A stretch of DNA of 64,000 nucleotides from an uncultured Candidatus Saccharibacteria bacterium (lineage in GTDB: Bacteria; Patescibacteriota; Minisyncoccia; 2-02-FULL-40-12; GWA2-44-9). Location of the stretch: NCBI GenBank assembly GCA_964356795.1, contig CAYHIK010000005.1, forward strand, positions 10,767 through 74,766, given 5' to 3'. Both the position numbers and the translations under genes were made by a program. The notes under the pieces are model-generated. The model worked only from the letters and a program-made list of their open reading frames with translations. It was not told the DNA's origin and searched no databases. Below, one piece after another: positions 7,736-17,290 of this stretch. How positions within the stretch are numbered: the first letter of the stretch is position 1; the number at the start of each line of letters is the position of its first letter.

Positions 7736-7930
7736 CTACTTTCGCGCAGAAACAGTATTAACTATCTGCTCAACTTCTTTATCTGTAACCTTTGAGCCCG
7801 AAAGGCGGGCAGATGCACCAGTGGAGGCTATAAGCGTGGCACGACGAAGTTCCGCCAGACGTTCTGATGAGATGCCAGTACTCTTCTTTATGTGCTTAGA
7901 TTTTGTCATAGAAATGTTCTTTTTAAGCAA
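7736..7930 (-). CDS. Small basic hypothetical protein (~57-64 aa).
   Basis: Start overlaps the stop of the upstream hydrolase gene by 8 nt (translational coupling); AT-rich. Weak support. Confidence 0.35.
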   Translation of the reverse strand: MLKKNISMTKSKHIKKSTGISSERLAELRRATLIASTGASARLSGSKVTDKEVEQIVNTVSARK

Positions 7931-8489
7931 CTATATCTTGAAACTCCTTAATTAATATTGGAGCTTCAATAAAGCCGTCACTTTCAGAAATATGTCCGGC
8001 ATCATGAAGCACTGTAATCTTTGATCCCAACTCTGCAAATTTCTCCTTATTTTCCTCAAATGCTCCGAACGGATCATTATCAGAAATAACCAATGTCGAT
8101 TTCGGAAGCACTGTCTTAACTTTCTGGATATTGATAGGAGTTTCTAACCAAGGTTTGGCTATTTCTTCTGTTTCTTCATCCTCCAAATTTTCTAGATTAA
8201 ACCAGCCAGCCACAAAGAGTGCTCCACCAACAGGAGTATTAATATTTTCTAGGTATCTTAAGATAGTCTGACAACCTATTGAGTGACCAATAAAATAAGT
8301 ATTGTTATCCGGAGTGCCGACAACTTCCGCAAGTTTAGCCACCCATTTTTCAATGACAGGTGTATCAATATCTGGCATGTCAGGCAACAAAACTTGGTAT
8401 CCTAATTTCTCCAACTCTGTTTTAAGCCAAGGTCTCCAATCGCCTTGTGCCCCTGCCATCCACTGATGAATAATAATTACTTTTTTCAT
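7923..8489 (-). CDS. Alpha/beta-fold serine hydrolase of the RBBP9/YdeN-like family.
   Basis: GHSIG nucleophile-elbow motif (GxSxG) in a ~190-aa alpha/beta hydrolase with Asp/His later in the sequence; low GC. Confidence 0.7.
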   Translation of the reverse strand: MKKVIIIHQWMAGAQGDWRPWLKTELEKLGYQVLLPDMPDIDTPVIEKWVAKLAEVVGTPDNNTYFIGHSIGCQTILRYLENINTPVGGALFVAGWFNLENLEDEETEEIAKPWLETPINIQKVKTVLPKSTLVISDNDPFGAFEENKEKFAELGSKITVLHDAGHISESDGFIEAPILIKEFQDIVA

Positions 8490-8550
8490 GTCAGTTCGAA
8501 TCCCTTTGGGGGTGTACCTAAAAAATCATTTATTTACTTAATAAAATCAC

Positions 8551-8642
8551 TGGCGGAGGCGGGAGGATTCGAACCTCCGAGGGGTTTTGAAGCCCCTGCC
8601 TCTTTAGCAAAGAGGTACATTAGACCACTCTGACACGCCTCC
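8551..8642 (-). tRNA. tRNA-Ser (anticodon GCU), type II, with encoded CCA.
   Basis: Acceptor GGAGGCG/CGCCTCC, anticodon stem CCTCT/AGAGG with loop TTGCTAA, long variable arm CAGGGGCTTCAAAACCCCTC, T-arm GGAGG-TTCGAAT-CCTCC, G73, CCA. Confidence 0.85.
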
Positions 8643-8698
8643 AGTATTATGTATTGCACTGACGGAACGTCATATTCTAGCACGTTTTTTGTGCCTCA

Positions 8699-9421
8699 TC
8701 AACCGTGCGCGATGGTGATGGCGGACACGGTGTGTGCGCCTGATTCCTTGAGTGCGGACGCACAGTTTTCCAGTGTGGCTCCGGTGGTGCGTACGTCGTC
8801 AATGATGACAAAGTTTTTTCCACGAACCTCCGAAGCATCGTTCACGCTAAATGCTCCCGACATATTTTGGATGCGCTCCTCGCGCGAGTGAGTTGTGACT
8901 TGAGAGTCGGTACGACGATTTCGAGTGAGGATGGTGTCGTCGAATGGCATCGCGGCGATTGCGGCAAATTCTTTTGCGATAAGAGATGCTTGGTTGTACC
9001 CGCGTTCACGGAGGCGTGCGCTGTGGAGGGGGACGGGGATGAATACCGGATTGTGGCCCAACAATAAATGAGGGCGAGATGATGAGATTCCGAGTGCGTA
9101 TGCTGTGGCACGCGCGAGGGGGACTGCTAATCCGCGGATTCCTCGGTATTTCAGATGATAGATTGCGGTTTCGACGACGCCGTCCATAAGAAATGCCGAT
9201 ACGCAGCGGTCGATGGTGGATTTCGGCGAGTGCTGATACGACGCGATTTTAAATCCTCGAACACACTCATTGCACAGGTCTATGCCGATGGTCGAGCATC
9301 CAACGCATCGCGCGGGCCAGAGCGTGTCGATGAGCCATGTTTGTAGTTCGCGTATATTCATCCACACATGAGATAAATTGATTGTCCATCGTGGTATACT
9401 TGAAATACGCATGGCATTCAA
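8699..9421 (-). CDS. comF: ComF family competence protein (phosphoribosyltransferase domain with N-terminal zinc finger).
   Basis: N-terminal Cys cluster (CVGCS...CNEC) and C-terminal PRTase motif VIIDDVRTTGATL. Confidence 0.8.
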   Translation of the reverse strand: MNAMRISSIPRWTINLSHVWMNIRELQTWLIDTLWPARCVGCSTIGIDLCNECVRGFKIASYQHSPKSTIDRCVSAFLMDGVVETAIYHLKYRGIRGLAVPLARATAYALGISSSRPHLLLGHNPVFIPVPLHSARLRERGYNQASLIAKEFAAIAAMPFDDTILTRNRRTDSQVTTHSREERIQNMSGAFSVNDASEVRGKNFVIIDDVRTTGATLENCASALKESGAHTVSAITIAHG

Positions 9422-10505
9422 CCTCTTCGGTTCAAAGAGTCACATTGGCATTGATATTGGAACTGCCTCTATTAAGATTGTCGAATTAAGCCAGGAGTCT
9501 GGTCGTTGGAAGGTTGAGAACTACGGTATGTATGAGCTGCACGCCCAAGGGGGGCAGGCAGATAGCGCGAAGACGGTCATGGACATGTCTGATGCAGAGG
9601 TGTCGCAGGCAATCAAAGATGTGCTCGCTACCGCAGGCATCAAAAGCCGAGATGCTGTCGCTTCTATTTCTTCGTTTAGCACATTCGCGACCGTCATCGA
9701 GCTTCCATATACAAGCGAAGAGGACCTCGCGAAGACGATTCCATTCGAGGCGCGCAAATACATTCCTGTTCCGCTCGATCAAGTTGTGCTCGACTGGTCT
9801 ATCGTTGGTGTCGTCGATGGCAAGGGTGGCACGTCACCGGTTCCGACGGGCCCTGTGCCCGCGGGCTCATCGGTGACGGTTGAGGTATTTCTTGCCGCAG
9901 TGCCCAAGGATGAAACGGCGCGGTACCAACGCATCATGAAGGCCGCGGGCGTCAACTTGCTCGCGCTCGAGCTTGAGAACTCAAGCCTTGTGCGGGCGCT
10001 GTTGGGAAACGACCTCTCGCCGACAGCAATATTAAATGTAGGGGGGAGGAGCACCTCTATCTTAGTGGTGAGCAAGGGGTATGAGCGTTTGAGCCATAAT
10101 TACGAGATTGGCGGGTACGAGATAACCAAAGCAGTTGCAACCGATTTAAACATCAGCCCCGAGCAAGCCGAAGGATTAAAGCGAACATACGGACTTATTG
10201 ATAGTGCCGAAAACAAAGCCCGCCCCGCGATGATGCCGCTCATTGACATGATGATTTTTGAGACTAAGAAAACGATTGAATCGTTCGAAGCTGCGCGCGC
10301 ACAGCGCATCAGTCGCGTTGTGCTCATTGGGGGATTGGCGAATATGCCTGGCCTTGCGCAGTACGTGAAGCAGCGCATTCCCCGCGACGTGCTCATTGGG
10401 AATGTATTCGCGCGCCTCGTGCATCCGCCCGAGCTTGAGCCGTTACTCCAGCAATTAAGCAATACATTGGCGGTAGCTGTTGGCTGTGCGATGCGCGAGA
10501 CGTGA
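9411..10505 (+). CDS. pilM: Type IV pilus assembly protein PilM (actin-like ATPase fold).
   Basis: N-terminus MAFNLFGSKSHIGIDIGTASIKIVEL is typical of PilM; first gene of a pilMNO-BC order. Track ORF trimmed from TTG 9378 to ATG 9411. Confidence 0.85.
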   Translation: MAFNLFGSKSHIGIDIGTASIKIVELSQESGRWKVENYGMYELHAQGGQADSAKTVMDMSDAEVSQAIKDVLATAGIKSRDAVASISSFSTFATVIELPYTSEEDLAKTIPFEARKYIPVPLDQVVLDWSIVGVVDGKGGTSPVPTGPVPAGSSVTVEVFLAAVPKDETARYQRIMKAAGVNLLALELENSSLVRALLGNDLSPTAILNVGGRSTSILVVSKGYERLSHNYEIGGYEITKAVATDLNISPEQAEGLKRTYGLIDSAENKARPAMMPLIDMMIFETKKTIESFEAARAQRISRVVLIGGLANMPGLAQYVKQRIPRDVLIGNVFARLVHPPELEPLLQQLSNTLAVAVGCAMRET

Positions 10506-10525
10506 TATACTTTTAGGAACGAGCA

Positions 10526-11098
10526 ATGCCATATAAAGGAGGGGTACAATTATTGCCAGAGACTCAGCGTCGTCCGACGCTTGCTTCGTATACGAGTGGG
10601 AATTCATATTTCTATGCAGCGGTTGTGATTATCATCGCCGTGCTCGCTCTCGGTGCGGTGATCTCCAGCTATTCATATAGCCTGAAAGATAAGATTGCGA
10701 CGATTGATGGACAAATGGGGGAGAGCGAAAAAGCGCGCACAAAAGAAATCGAACAAGAGCTTGTCGCCGCCTCGAGACAGTCGAAGATTATGAAGCAGCT
10801 ACTGGCGGGTAAGATGTACTGGACGCAGGCGCTCGATATGATGGAGCGCATGACGCAGTCATCTGTTTCGCTTACGCGTCTTGAGGCAAATGCTACAAAG
10901 GGCACCATCTCATTCCGCGCAAGCGCGGACTCCTATGCATCTGTTGCGCGTCAGATTGCCGCATTCGTATCGGTGACGGGTGTGGATGACATTACCGTGA
11001 AATCAATCAAAGCGAACGCGCGAGGGAGGGTAGAGTTCGATGGGGAGCTTCTCATTGATGCGCTGAAGCTATTAAAGAAAACAGAACCAACCAAATGA
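10526..11098 (+). CDS. pilN: PilN-like pilus assembly protein (single TM plus coiled coil).
   Basis: Position after pilM; N-terminal TM helix followed by a periplasmic coiled-coil region. Confidence 0.65.
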   Translation: MPYKGGVQLLPETQRRPTLASYTSGNSYFYAAVVIIIAVLALGAVISSYSYSLKDKIATIDGQMGESEKARTKEIEQELVAASRQSKIMKQLLAGKMYWTQALDMMERMTQSSVSLTRLEANATKGTISFRASADSYASVARQIAAFVSVTGVDDITVKSIKANARGRVEFDGELLIDALKLLKKTEPTK

Positions 11099-11631
11099 AC
11101 GGTAAAAAAATATTTGGAGCATTCACGCTTGCCGCCGCCCTCTTCTTCTTTTGGCCGGGCGTTGTAGGCTCGTGGCAAGAGATGCGCGCGTTACGCGCGG
11201 CGCTCGACGAGCGAACGGTGCTGAACGATGAGCGCACCAAGATTCTCGCAAACGCTGCAGAGGAGTATAAGAAATACAAAGAACTACTTGGGAGTAGCGA
11301 TGGGCGCACTTTCATATCGTTGGTGCCCGTGAAGAAAGATTCGGCCGAGCTTGTGTCTGCGGTGCAAGATATGGCATCGGGCGCTGGTGCGCAGCTCATC
11401 GAGCTTCGCATGCAAGAAGAGAAGAACGCCAAGGAGTCAGCGTACAAATCGCTCTCGCTTTCCATTGAGTTAAATGGTTCATATCGATCGTTGAACACGT
11501 TTCTCTCAAGCCTCGAGCAGTACGTGCGCATCCTGAACGTGACAGGAATTGAGGCGAGTAGCGCGAATGCGGATCGCGCGGGTGATGCATTGAGATTTAC
11601 CATTCAGGCGACAGCTTATTTCATTAAATAG
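11095..11631 (+). CDS. pilO: PilO-like pilus assembly protein.
   Basis: Overlaps the pilN stop; single N-terminal TM and coiled-coil periplasmic domain; position in the operon. Confidence 0.6.
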   Translation: MNGKKIFGAFTLAAALFFFWPGVVGSWQEMRALRAALDERTVLNDERTKILANAAEEYKKYKELLGSSDGRTFISLVPVKKDSAELVSAVQDMASGAGAQLIELRMQEEKNAKESAYKSLSLSIELNGSYRSLNTFLSSLEQYVRILNVTGIEASSANADRAGDALRFTIQATAYFIK

Positions 11632-11632
11632 A

Positions 11633-11899
11633 ATGGCACCCAACAAGCAAAACTCACTAATTCCACTCCTGATTGCATTTTTAGGCTTTGTCGTGGGCAT
11701 GCTCTATAACGGCCAGACAGATCCCGCTATTAATGTTCCACCGATTGAGACTCGTTTTCAACTCACCTCACTCCAGGGGCTTCGCGACGTGCGCATCGAC
11801 GACTCGGTGCTCATGAGCGCCCAATTTAAAGCATTACGCGTGTTTGGCTCGCTTCCGGTTGTGCCAGGTAGTGGCGGAAAGAGCGATCCATTCCAGTAA
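11633..11899 (+). CDS. Small membrane protein, possibly PilP-like.
   Basis: 88-aa ORF with an N-terminal TM segment, between pilO and pilB. Confidence 0.4.
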   Translation: MAPNKQNSLIPLLIAFLGFVVGMLYNGQTDPAINVPPIETRFQLTSLQGLRDVRIDDSVLMSAQFKALRVFGSLPVVPGSGGKSDPFQ

Positions 11900-11911
11900 T
11901 GCATAGACGCA

Positions 11912-13681
11912 ATGGCAACGAGAATTCCCCAAACACTCATCAATGAACTGGTGCGCGTCGGCCGCCTGAAGAAGGAGGATGCCGACGCTCTTATTGCGAG
12001 CGCGCAAAAAGATCAAAAAGATATTGGTGCAGCGCTCATCGAGGCGAACGTTCTGAGCGATGCGGAGCTGGTGAAGTTCAAGAGCGAGCTCTATCGACTT
12101 CCATCGGTTGACCTCGAGCAATCTGAGCCCGACCCGAATGCATTTCGAGAAATCAGTGAGGACGTCGCTGGATTTTATCACGTCGTGCCATTCGCGGTGG
12201 GGGATGGGGTGCTCAAGGTTGGCATTATAGATCCTGAAGATATCAACGCGCTCGAAGCGCTCAAGTTTATCGCGACCGATAAAGGTCTCAAGCTTGAGAA
12301 GTACGTTATTGCATATAAAGACTTCGGCGCCACACTCAAAAAGTTCAAATCACTCACCGGTGAAGTCGGCAAGGCACTTCAATCGATTGCGGAAGAGGCT
12401 GGGAAAGAGGTTGGTGGTCAAGAGGAGGTGCTTGCGCTTGATCAAATCACTGCCGAGAGTCCCGTTACAAAAGTCGTTTCTGCCATGTTGGGGAATGCAA
12501 TTGATAATCGCGCATCTGATATTCACCTCGAACCATTCGATGACCACACTCGCGTCAGATTCCGCGTGGACGGCGTTCTACAGGCGGTGTTGAATCTCCC
12601 CAAGAATCTTCATGCTTCAGTGGTGACGCGCATCAAGATTCTTTCGAATCTCAAGATTGATGAGACGCGCGTTCCACAGGATGGACGCTTCAGTATTTTT
12701 CAGGGAAAAACCAAGATTGATTTTCGTGTCAGCACCTTCCCCACGAAGGCGGGAGAGAAGGTGGTGATGCGTATCCTTGATCCGCTTTCGAGTCGAATCG
12801 ATTTGGCCGGATTGGGTATCACGGGGCGTAGCAACGAGATGCTTCAAGAGGCAATCGCACGACCGTTTGGAGTTATCCTTATCACGGGTCCTACGGGCTC
12901 CGGAAAATCAACCACGATTGCGGGCATCCTGAAGCAGATGAACACGGAACAGATAAATATCGTCACACTCGAGGATCCAATTGAGTACTTTATCGATGGG
13001 GTGAATCAATCCCAGGCGCACGAAGAAATCGGATACACATTTGCGAATGGACTCCGTTCGATCCTTCGCCAAGACCCCGACGTGATTATGGTTGGTGAAA
13101 TTCGAGACCGAGAAACGGCACAACTTGCGGTGCAGGCCGCGTTGACGGGGCACATTGTGCTCTCCACGCTCCACACGAATGACGCGCTCGGTGTGATTCC
13201 GCGTCTCGTTGATATGGGCGTTGAGAAGTACTTGCTTCCACCCGTGCTCAATCTTGCCGTTGCACAGCGGTTGCTGCGTCGGCTGTGCGCTACCTGTAAG
13301 GTGAAAGATGTTGCAAACGACGCAGAGTCCAAGATTATCTCAGATGCACTTGCGACGATGCCTGAAGCAATCGCAGCACCGCTTCGTGCGGCGTCGTACC
13401 AAGTCTACCGTCCCAGCAAGACGCCCTGCAAAGAGTGTGGCGGAAAAGCGTTCAAGGGTCGCATTGGTATCTTTGAGATGATTCGCATGACCGATACGCT
13501 TGAGCGGGTTATTCTCGGTGATCTCTCGGAGGCCGCAATGCGTGAAGAGTCGGAGCGACAGGGGATGGTAACCATGTTCCAAGACGGAGTCATCAAGGTG
13601 CTCGAAGGGACGTGTTCGCTACAGGAGCTCCTCGAGGTTGCGCAAGCAAAAGAAGAAGAGGAGAAGGTTCCAGCAAAATAA
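11912..13681 (+). CDS. pilB: Type IV pilus assembly ATPase PilB (GspE family).
   Basis: Walker A ILITGPTGSGKSTT, Asp box, His box and a C-terminal tetracysteine motif (CATC...CKECGG) typical of the GspE/PilB family. Confidence 0.9.
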   Translation: MATRIPQTLINELVRVGRLKKEDADALIASAQKDQKDIGAALIEANVLSDAELVKFKSELYRLPSVDLEQSEPDPNAFREISEDVAGFYHVVPFAVGDGVLKVGIIDPEDINALEALKFIATDKGLKLEKYVIAYKDFGATLKKFKSLTGEVGKALQSIAEEAGKEVGGQEEVLALDQITAESPVTKVVSAMLGNAIDNRASDIHLEPFDDHTRVRFRVDGVLQAVLNLPKNLHASVVTRIKILSNLKIDETRVPQDGRFSIFQGKTKIDFRVSTFPTKAGEKVVMRILDPLSSRIDLAGLGITGRSNEMLQEAIARPFGVILITGPTGSGKSTTIAGILKQMNTEQINIVTLEDPIEYFIDGVNQSQAHEEIGYTFANGLRSILRQDPDVIMVGEIRDRETAQLAVQAALTGHIVLSTLHTNDALGVIPRLVDMGVEKYLLPPVLNLAVAQRLLRRLCATCKVKDVANDAESKIISDALATMPEAIAAPLRAASYQVYRPSKTPCKECGGKAFKGRIGIFEMIRMTDTLERVILGDLSEAAMREESERQGMVTMFQDGVIKVLEGTCSLQELLEVAQAKEEEEKVPAK

Positions 13682-13684
13682 TCC

Positions 13685-14896
13685 ATGCAATTTAATTATC
13701 AAGTCAAAAGCACGGATGGAAAGGCGATCACAGGGCTCATCGAGGCCGTCGATGAGACTGCTGCGGTTGCAGAGCTTCACGGTCGTGGATTTGTGGTGCT
13801 TTCGCTTGGCGTTGTGCGGAAGGGTCTTTTGAGTGGCGACCTCCTCCAGTTCTTCAATCGTCCAAAGATGAAGGACGTGGTCGTGTTCACGCGACAACTC
13901 AGTACGCTTATTGAGGCAGATGTACCGCTTGCTGAGGGCATGCGGACGCTCGCGAATCAAACCGACAATCCAATCTTTTCCCACATCATTGGAGATATTA
14001 GCGATAAGATCGAGGGTGGCTCTTCGCTGTCTGCGGCTTTCGCAGCTCATCCGAAATTGTTTTCACAGTTTTATATTAAACTTGTCCGTTCAGGCGAAAT
14101 CTCTGGGCGTCTTCAGCAATCACTGCTCTATCTCGCAGATTACCTCGAGCGCAATCAGGCGATCACGAGCAAGGTTCGCAACGCGCTTGCATACCCAGTG
14201 TTCGTGATTTTTGCGATGGTCGTCGTCGCGCTTGTGATGGTGGTCTACGTGTTGCCGCAGTTGCTGGTGATTTTCAAAGAGTCTGGTGTGACCGAGCTTC
14301 CAATTACGACGCGTGCATTGATCGCGGTCACTGATTTTGTGAACGCCTACATCTTTCTCGTTCTTGGTGGAATCGTTATTACGGTGGTTGGTGTGTATCA
14401 GTGGATCCAATCGCCAGATGGGACGGCGTGGTGGGACCGCGCAAAGATTAAAATTCCTGGGTTTGGCATTATCCTCAAGTCGCTCTATCTCGCACGTGTT
14501 GCAGAAAATATGGCAACACTCATCAAGTCTGATATCGCCATCCTCGATGCACTTCGCGTGACGGGGGATATTGTCGACAATGTTGTGTATCGAGACATTC
14601 TCTTACACGCAGAAGAAGAGGTTCGTGGCGGAGGGAGTGTGTCGGATGTATTTCGTCAGTATAAGCAGGAAATTCCATCGCTCATGACGTCAATGATTGG
14701 CATCGGTGAGCGCACGGGGAAGATTGACTACATGCTCGGCCATGTATCTAAGTTTTATCGTACCGAGTCCGAGAATCGCATCGATTCTATCTCTTCCTTG
14801 ATTGAGCCGGTGTTAGTTGTGACACTCGGATTAGGTGTTGCAGTTTTGGTGTCGAGTGTACTCCTTCCGCTCTACTCGTTGGTGAATGTTGCGTAG
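13685..14896 (+). CDS. pilC: Type IV pilus inner-membrane platform protein PilC (GspF family).
   Basis: Two GspF repeats, ~400 aa polytopic membrane protein, directly after pilB. Confidence 0.9.
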   Translation: MQFNYQVKSTDGKAITGLIEAVDETAAVAELHGRGFVVLSLGVVRKGLLSGDLLQFFNRPKMKDVVVFTRQLSTLIEADVPLAEGMRTLANQTDNPIFSHIIGDISDKIEGGSSLSAAFAAHPKLFSQFYIKLVRSGEISGRLQQSLLYLADYLERNQAITSKVRNALAYPVFVIFAMVVVALVMVVYVLPQLLVIFKESGVTELPITTRALIAVTDFVNAYIFLVLGGIVITVVGVYQWIQSPDGTAWWDRAKIKIPGFGIILKSLYLARVAENMATLIKSDIAILDALRVTGDIVDNVVYRDILLHAEEEVRGGGSVSDVFRQYKQEIPSLMTSMIGIGERTGKIDYMLGHVSKFYRTESENRIDSISSLIEPVLVVTLGLGVAVLVSSVLLPLYSLVNVA

Positions 14897-14965
14897 TGTT
14901 GATAGGTTGCTATTGCACGCGCTCGGAAGTGTATATAATAGAAGGGTATTGCTAACGAACCTCTT

Positions 14966-15463
14966 ATGGTAAACGTAACTGATATCATGCATCGTCGGCG
15001 CTTGGGTTGGCAGAAAGGGTTTACCCTTGTGGAGTTGCTGGTGGTTATTGCCATCATCGGCGTACTCGCCACACTCGTATTGTTGCAGCTAGGAACCGCA
15101 CGTGGACGTGCTCGCGATACGAAGCGCATCACGGACGTGAACCAAATCCGCAGTGCTGTTGAACAGTATTTTGAGGATAATGGCGGCAAGTACCCAGCAG
15201 CAGCAGCATGGGAGACGGATATCGCGGGCTACATGACGCGCGTTCCGAAGGACCCCTTGTCGGATGTATCGTATGACTACAACGTAGATCCGACATTTCA
15301 GGCATTTCAGATTGTTGCGGAGCTTGAGAATAAGGCGGCGGCTCTCACCAATGATTCCGATATCGTATCAGGTGACTTTACTGGTGCAGTTGATGCGGGA
15401 GCGGCAAACGAAACATGTGCTGATCCTGCAACATGTCTCTATGACCAAGGTGTAAAGCTATAG
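14966..15463 (+). CDS. pilA: Type IV major pilin (prepilin with class III signal peptide).
   Basis: Prepilin motif ...GWQKG|FTLVELLVVIAIIGVLA with Glu5; a strong upstream promoter (TTGCAC...TGtATATAAT) and a downstream terminator. An alternative ATG exists at 14987. Confidence 0.85.
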   Translation: MVNVTDIMHRRRLGWQKGFTLVELLVVIAIIGVLATLVLLQLGTARGRARDTKRITDVNQIRSAVEQYFEDNGGKYPAAAAWETDIAGYMTRVPKDPLSDVSYDYNVDPTFQAFQIVAELENKAAALTNDSDIVSGDFTGAVDAGAANETCADPATCLYDQGVKL

Positions 15464-15474
15464 GCTTTGCAGAA

Positions 15475-15506
15475 CAGAAGACCCGCTTCGGCGGGTCTTC
15501 TGTTAT
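15475..15506 (+). terminator. Rho-independent terminator after the pilin gene.
   Basis: CAGAAGACCCGC-ttcg-GCGGGTCTTCTG followed by a T-rich stretch. Confidence 0.55.
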
Positions 15507-15514
15507 AATGGGGT

Positions 15515-16276
15515 ATGATGATTTTCGTCGTCGGAGTTGTTGGTCTTATGCTCGGAAGCTTCTTGAGCGTGCTCATTCAACGCTGGCCCTCGTGGCGCGG
15601 TGTCGCCATGGGGCGTTCGGAGTGCCCGCACTGCAAGCACGTGCTCGCATGGTATGACTTAATCCCGCTTTTGAGCTGGGTACAACTTCGTGGGAAGTGC
15701 CGATACTGTCGCGCGCCTATTTCTTGGTTCTATCCGATCCTCGAGGTAAGTGTTGCAAGCGCGCTCGTCGCTTCTACAATCATTCACGGAATTGGAACCG
15801 AGTGGTATATCGCTGATCTTGTGATGCTCTTTGGCCTTATCACGCTTTTCTTCTTCGATCTTCGGCACCATATGTTGCCCGATGCAATCATGGCGCCACT
15901 CGCGGGACTGGTGATTCTTCGACTTGGCATGCTTCGCCCTGATTTGCTTCTGAATAATGTTGCGATGGGCACTCTCCTTGCCGCGCTCGTAGGTTTGCTC
16001 TATCTCGTGTCGAATGGCCGGTGGATTGGATTCGGCGATGTGAAACTCGCGTTCGTTATCGGCTCACTATTTGGATATCCGGGAGCAATTGGTGTGACGC
16101 TCATTGCAATCTGGACTGGCGCGCTCGTGGGCGTCGCGCTCATCGCGCTTCGCCGAGCGTCGATGGAGACGGCGCTTCCGTTTGGTTCGTTCTGGACCGC
16201 TGCTGCGGTGATGATGATATTGTGGCCAGCACCTGTACATTTTCTGAGCGGACTTCTGATTCCAACATTCCAATGA
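15515..16276 (+). CDS. pilD: Prepilin peptidase PilD (A24 family).
   Basis: N-terminal tetra-Cys motif CPHC...CRYC and the polytopic membrane core typical of A24 peptidases. Confidence 0.85.
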   Translation: MMIFVVGVVGLMLGSFLSVLIQRWPSWRGVAMGRSECPHCKHVLAWYDLIPLLSWVQLRGKCRYCRAPISWFYPILEVSVASALVASTIIHGIGTEWYIADLVMLFGLITLFFFDLRHHMLPDAIMAPLAGLVILRLGMLRPDLLLNNVAMGTLLAALVGLLYLVSNGRWIGFGDVKLAFVIGSLFGYPGAIGVTLIAIWTGALVGVALIALRRASMETALPFGSFWTAAAVMMILWPAPVHFLSGLLIPTFQ

Positions 16277-16818
16277 AAGGGTTCACGCTTATCGAGGTGC
16301 TCGTGGTGGCAAGTATCACGGTCATGATTGGTGGGCTATTGATTTCCAATTTTTCACGGACGCGCCTTGATTTGAATCAGGCGACCCTCATCATTCAAGA
16401 CGCAATTCGCGAGGCACAATCCATGGCGCTTTCCGGAGCATTGTATGGCCGGCCGGGGACGTATCGGTGCGGATATGGGGTTCACTTTCTTCCCGATGGT
16501 GTTCAGATTTATGCGGGGCCTGACTCGAGTGGAGGCGCTTGCTCGTCGCAGGATAGGAACTACAATGGAGGGACTGACCAGATCGTTCGGGATATCATTC
16601 TTTCGAATACCGCGATTGAGATACCGAGCGCTCCCGATATATTCTTTGAGCCTCCGAATCCAAAGACATACATTAACGATGTGAGTACGCCGAATACGAG
16701 TGCGGTGATATCGGTGCGCAAGAAGGGAGCGCCATGCCCGGCGCTCTTCACTGATCCGCGAACACCTGATTGTCGACAAATCTATGTATCAACCGCAGGA
16801 CGCATACAAACGCAGTAG
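16273..16818 (+). CDS. Minor pilin / pseudopilin with an N-terminal methylation motif. Track ORF trimmed to the ATG overlapping the pilD stop.
   Basis: MKG|FTLIEVLVVASITVMIGG prepilin leader. Confidence 0.7.
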   Translation: MKGFTLIEVLVVASITVMIGGLLISNFSRTRLDLNQATLIIQDAIREAQSMALSGALYGRPGTYRCGYGVHFLPDGVQIYAGPDSSGGACSSQDRNYNGGTDQIVRDIILSNTAIEIPSAPDIFFEPPNPKTYINDVSTPNTSAVISVRKKGAPCPALFTDPRTPDCRQIYVSTAGRIQTQ

Positions 16819-17290
16819 GGGATTTACGCTTGTCGAGTCGCTCGTCGCACTGACGCTGTTGACGGTCGCGCTTGTGCCTGCATTTATCCAGGCCACATCG
16901 GCAATGCAGCTATCGACGACTATTCGAAACTCTTTGATTGCGGCCAATCTCGCACAGGAGGGCGTCGAGGTGACGCGTGCCATGCGAGACGCGAATTGGT
17001 TTGCCGGAGCTCCTTTTGGCTCTGGATTAGACGCGTGCGCATCGGGGTGCTTGGTGCAGTGGGATTCAGTGGCGCCCATGCCGTTCACACCCAACACACC
17101 ACTCCGCTTCGACGCGCTCACGGGTCTCTATCAATACAGTCAGGGTGACAACACATTGTTTTACCGCACCATCTACGTCACTGAGATTTCGGCGGGAGAG
17201 CTCGCAATCAAGAGTGAGGTGACATGGAAAGACCGCCGAAATGCAAAATCATTTTCTGTTGAGCATCATGTATTTGACTGGATACAATGA
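16784..17290 (+). CDS. Minor pilin / pseudopilin.
   Basis: Leader ...KRSRG|FTLVESLVALTLL; overlaps the upstream gene by 35 nt. Confidence 0.65.
   Translation: MYQPQDAYKRSRGFTLVESLVALTLLTVALVPAFIQATSAMQLSTTIRNSLIAANLAQEGVEVTRAMRDANWFAGAPFGSGLDACASGCLVQWDSVAPMPFTPNTPLRFDALTGLYQYSQGDNTLFYRTIYVTEISAGELAIKSEVTWKDRRNAKSFSVEHHVFDWIQ

Noticed and set aside
8490-8525. T-arm/acceptor-like sequence GTTCGAATCCCTTTGGGGGTG, a possible plus-strand tRNA.
   Set aside because: No matching 5' acceptor strand (ACCCCCA) or D/anticodon arms upstream. Treated as a relic fragment only.
16021-16818. Long N-terminal extension of the first minor pilin ORF, overlapping pilD.
   Set aside because: The extension (from a non-ATG start) lies inside pilD. 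The prepilin leader MKG|FTLIEVL begins at ATG 16273, overlapping the pilD stop, so the gene was trimmed.
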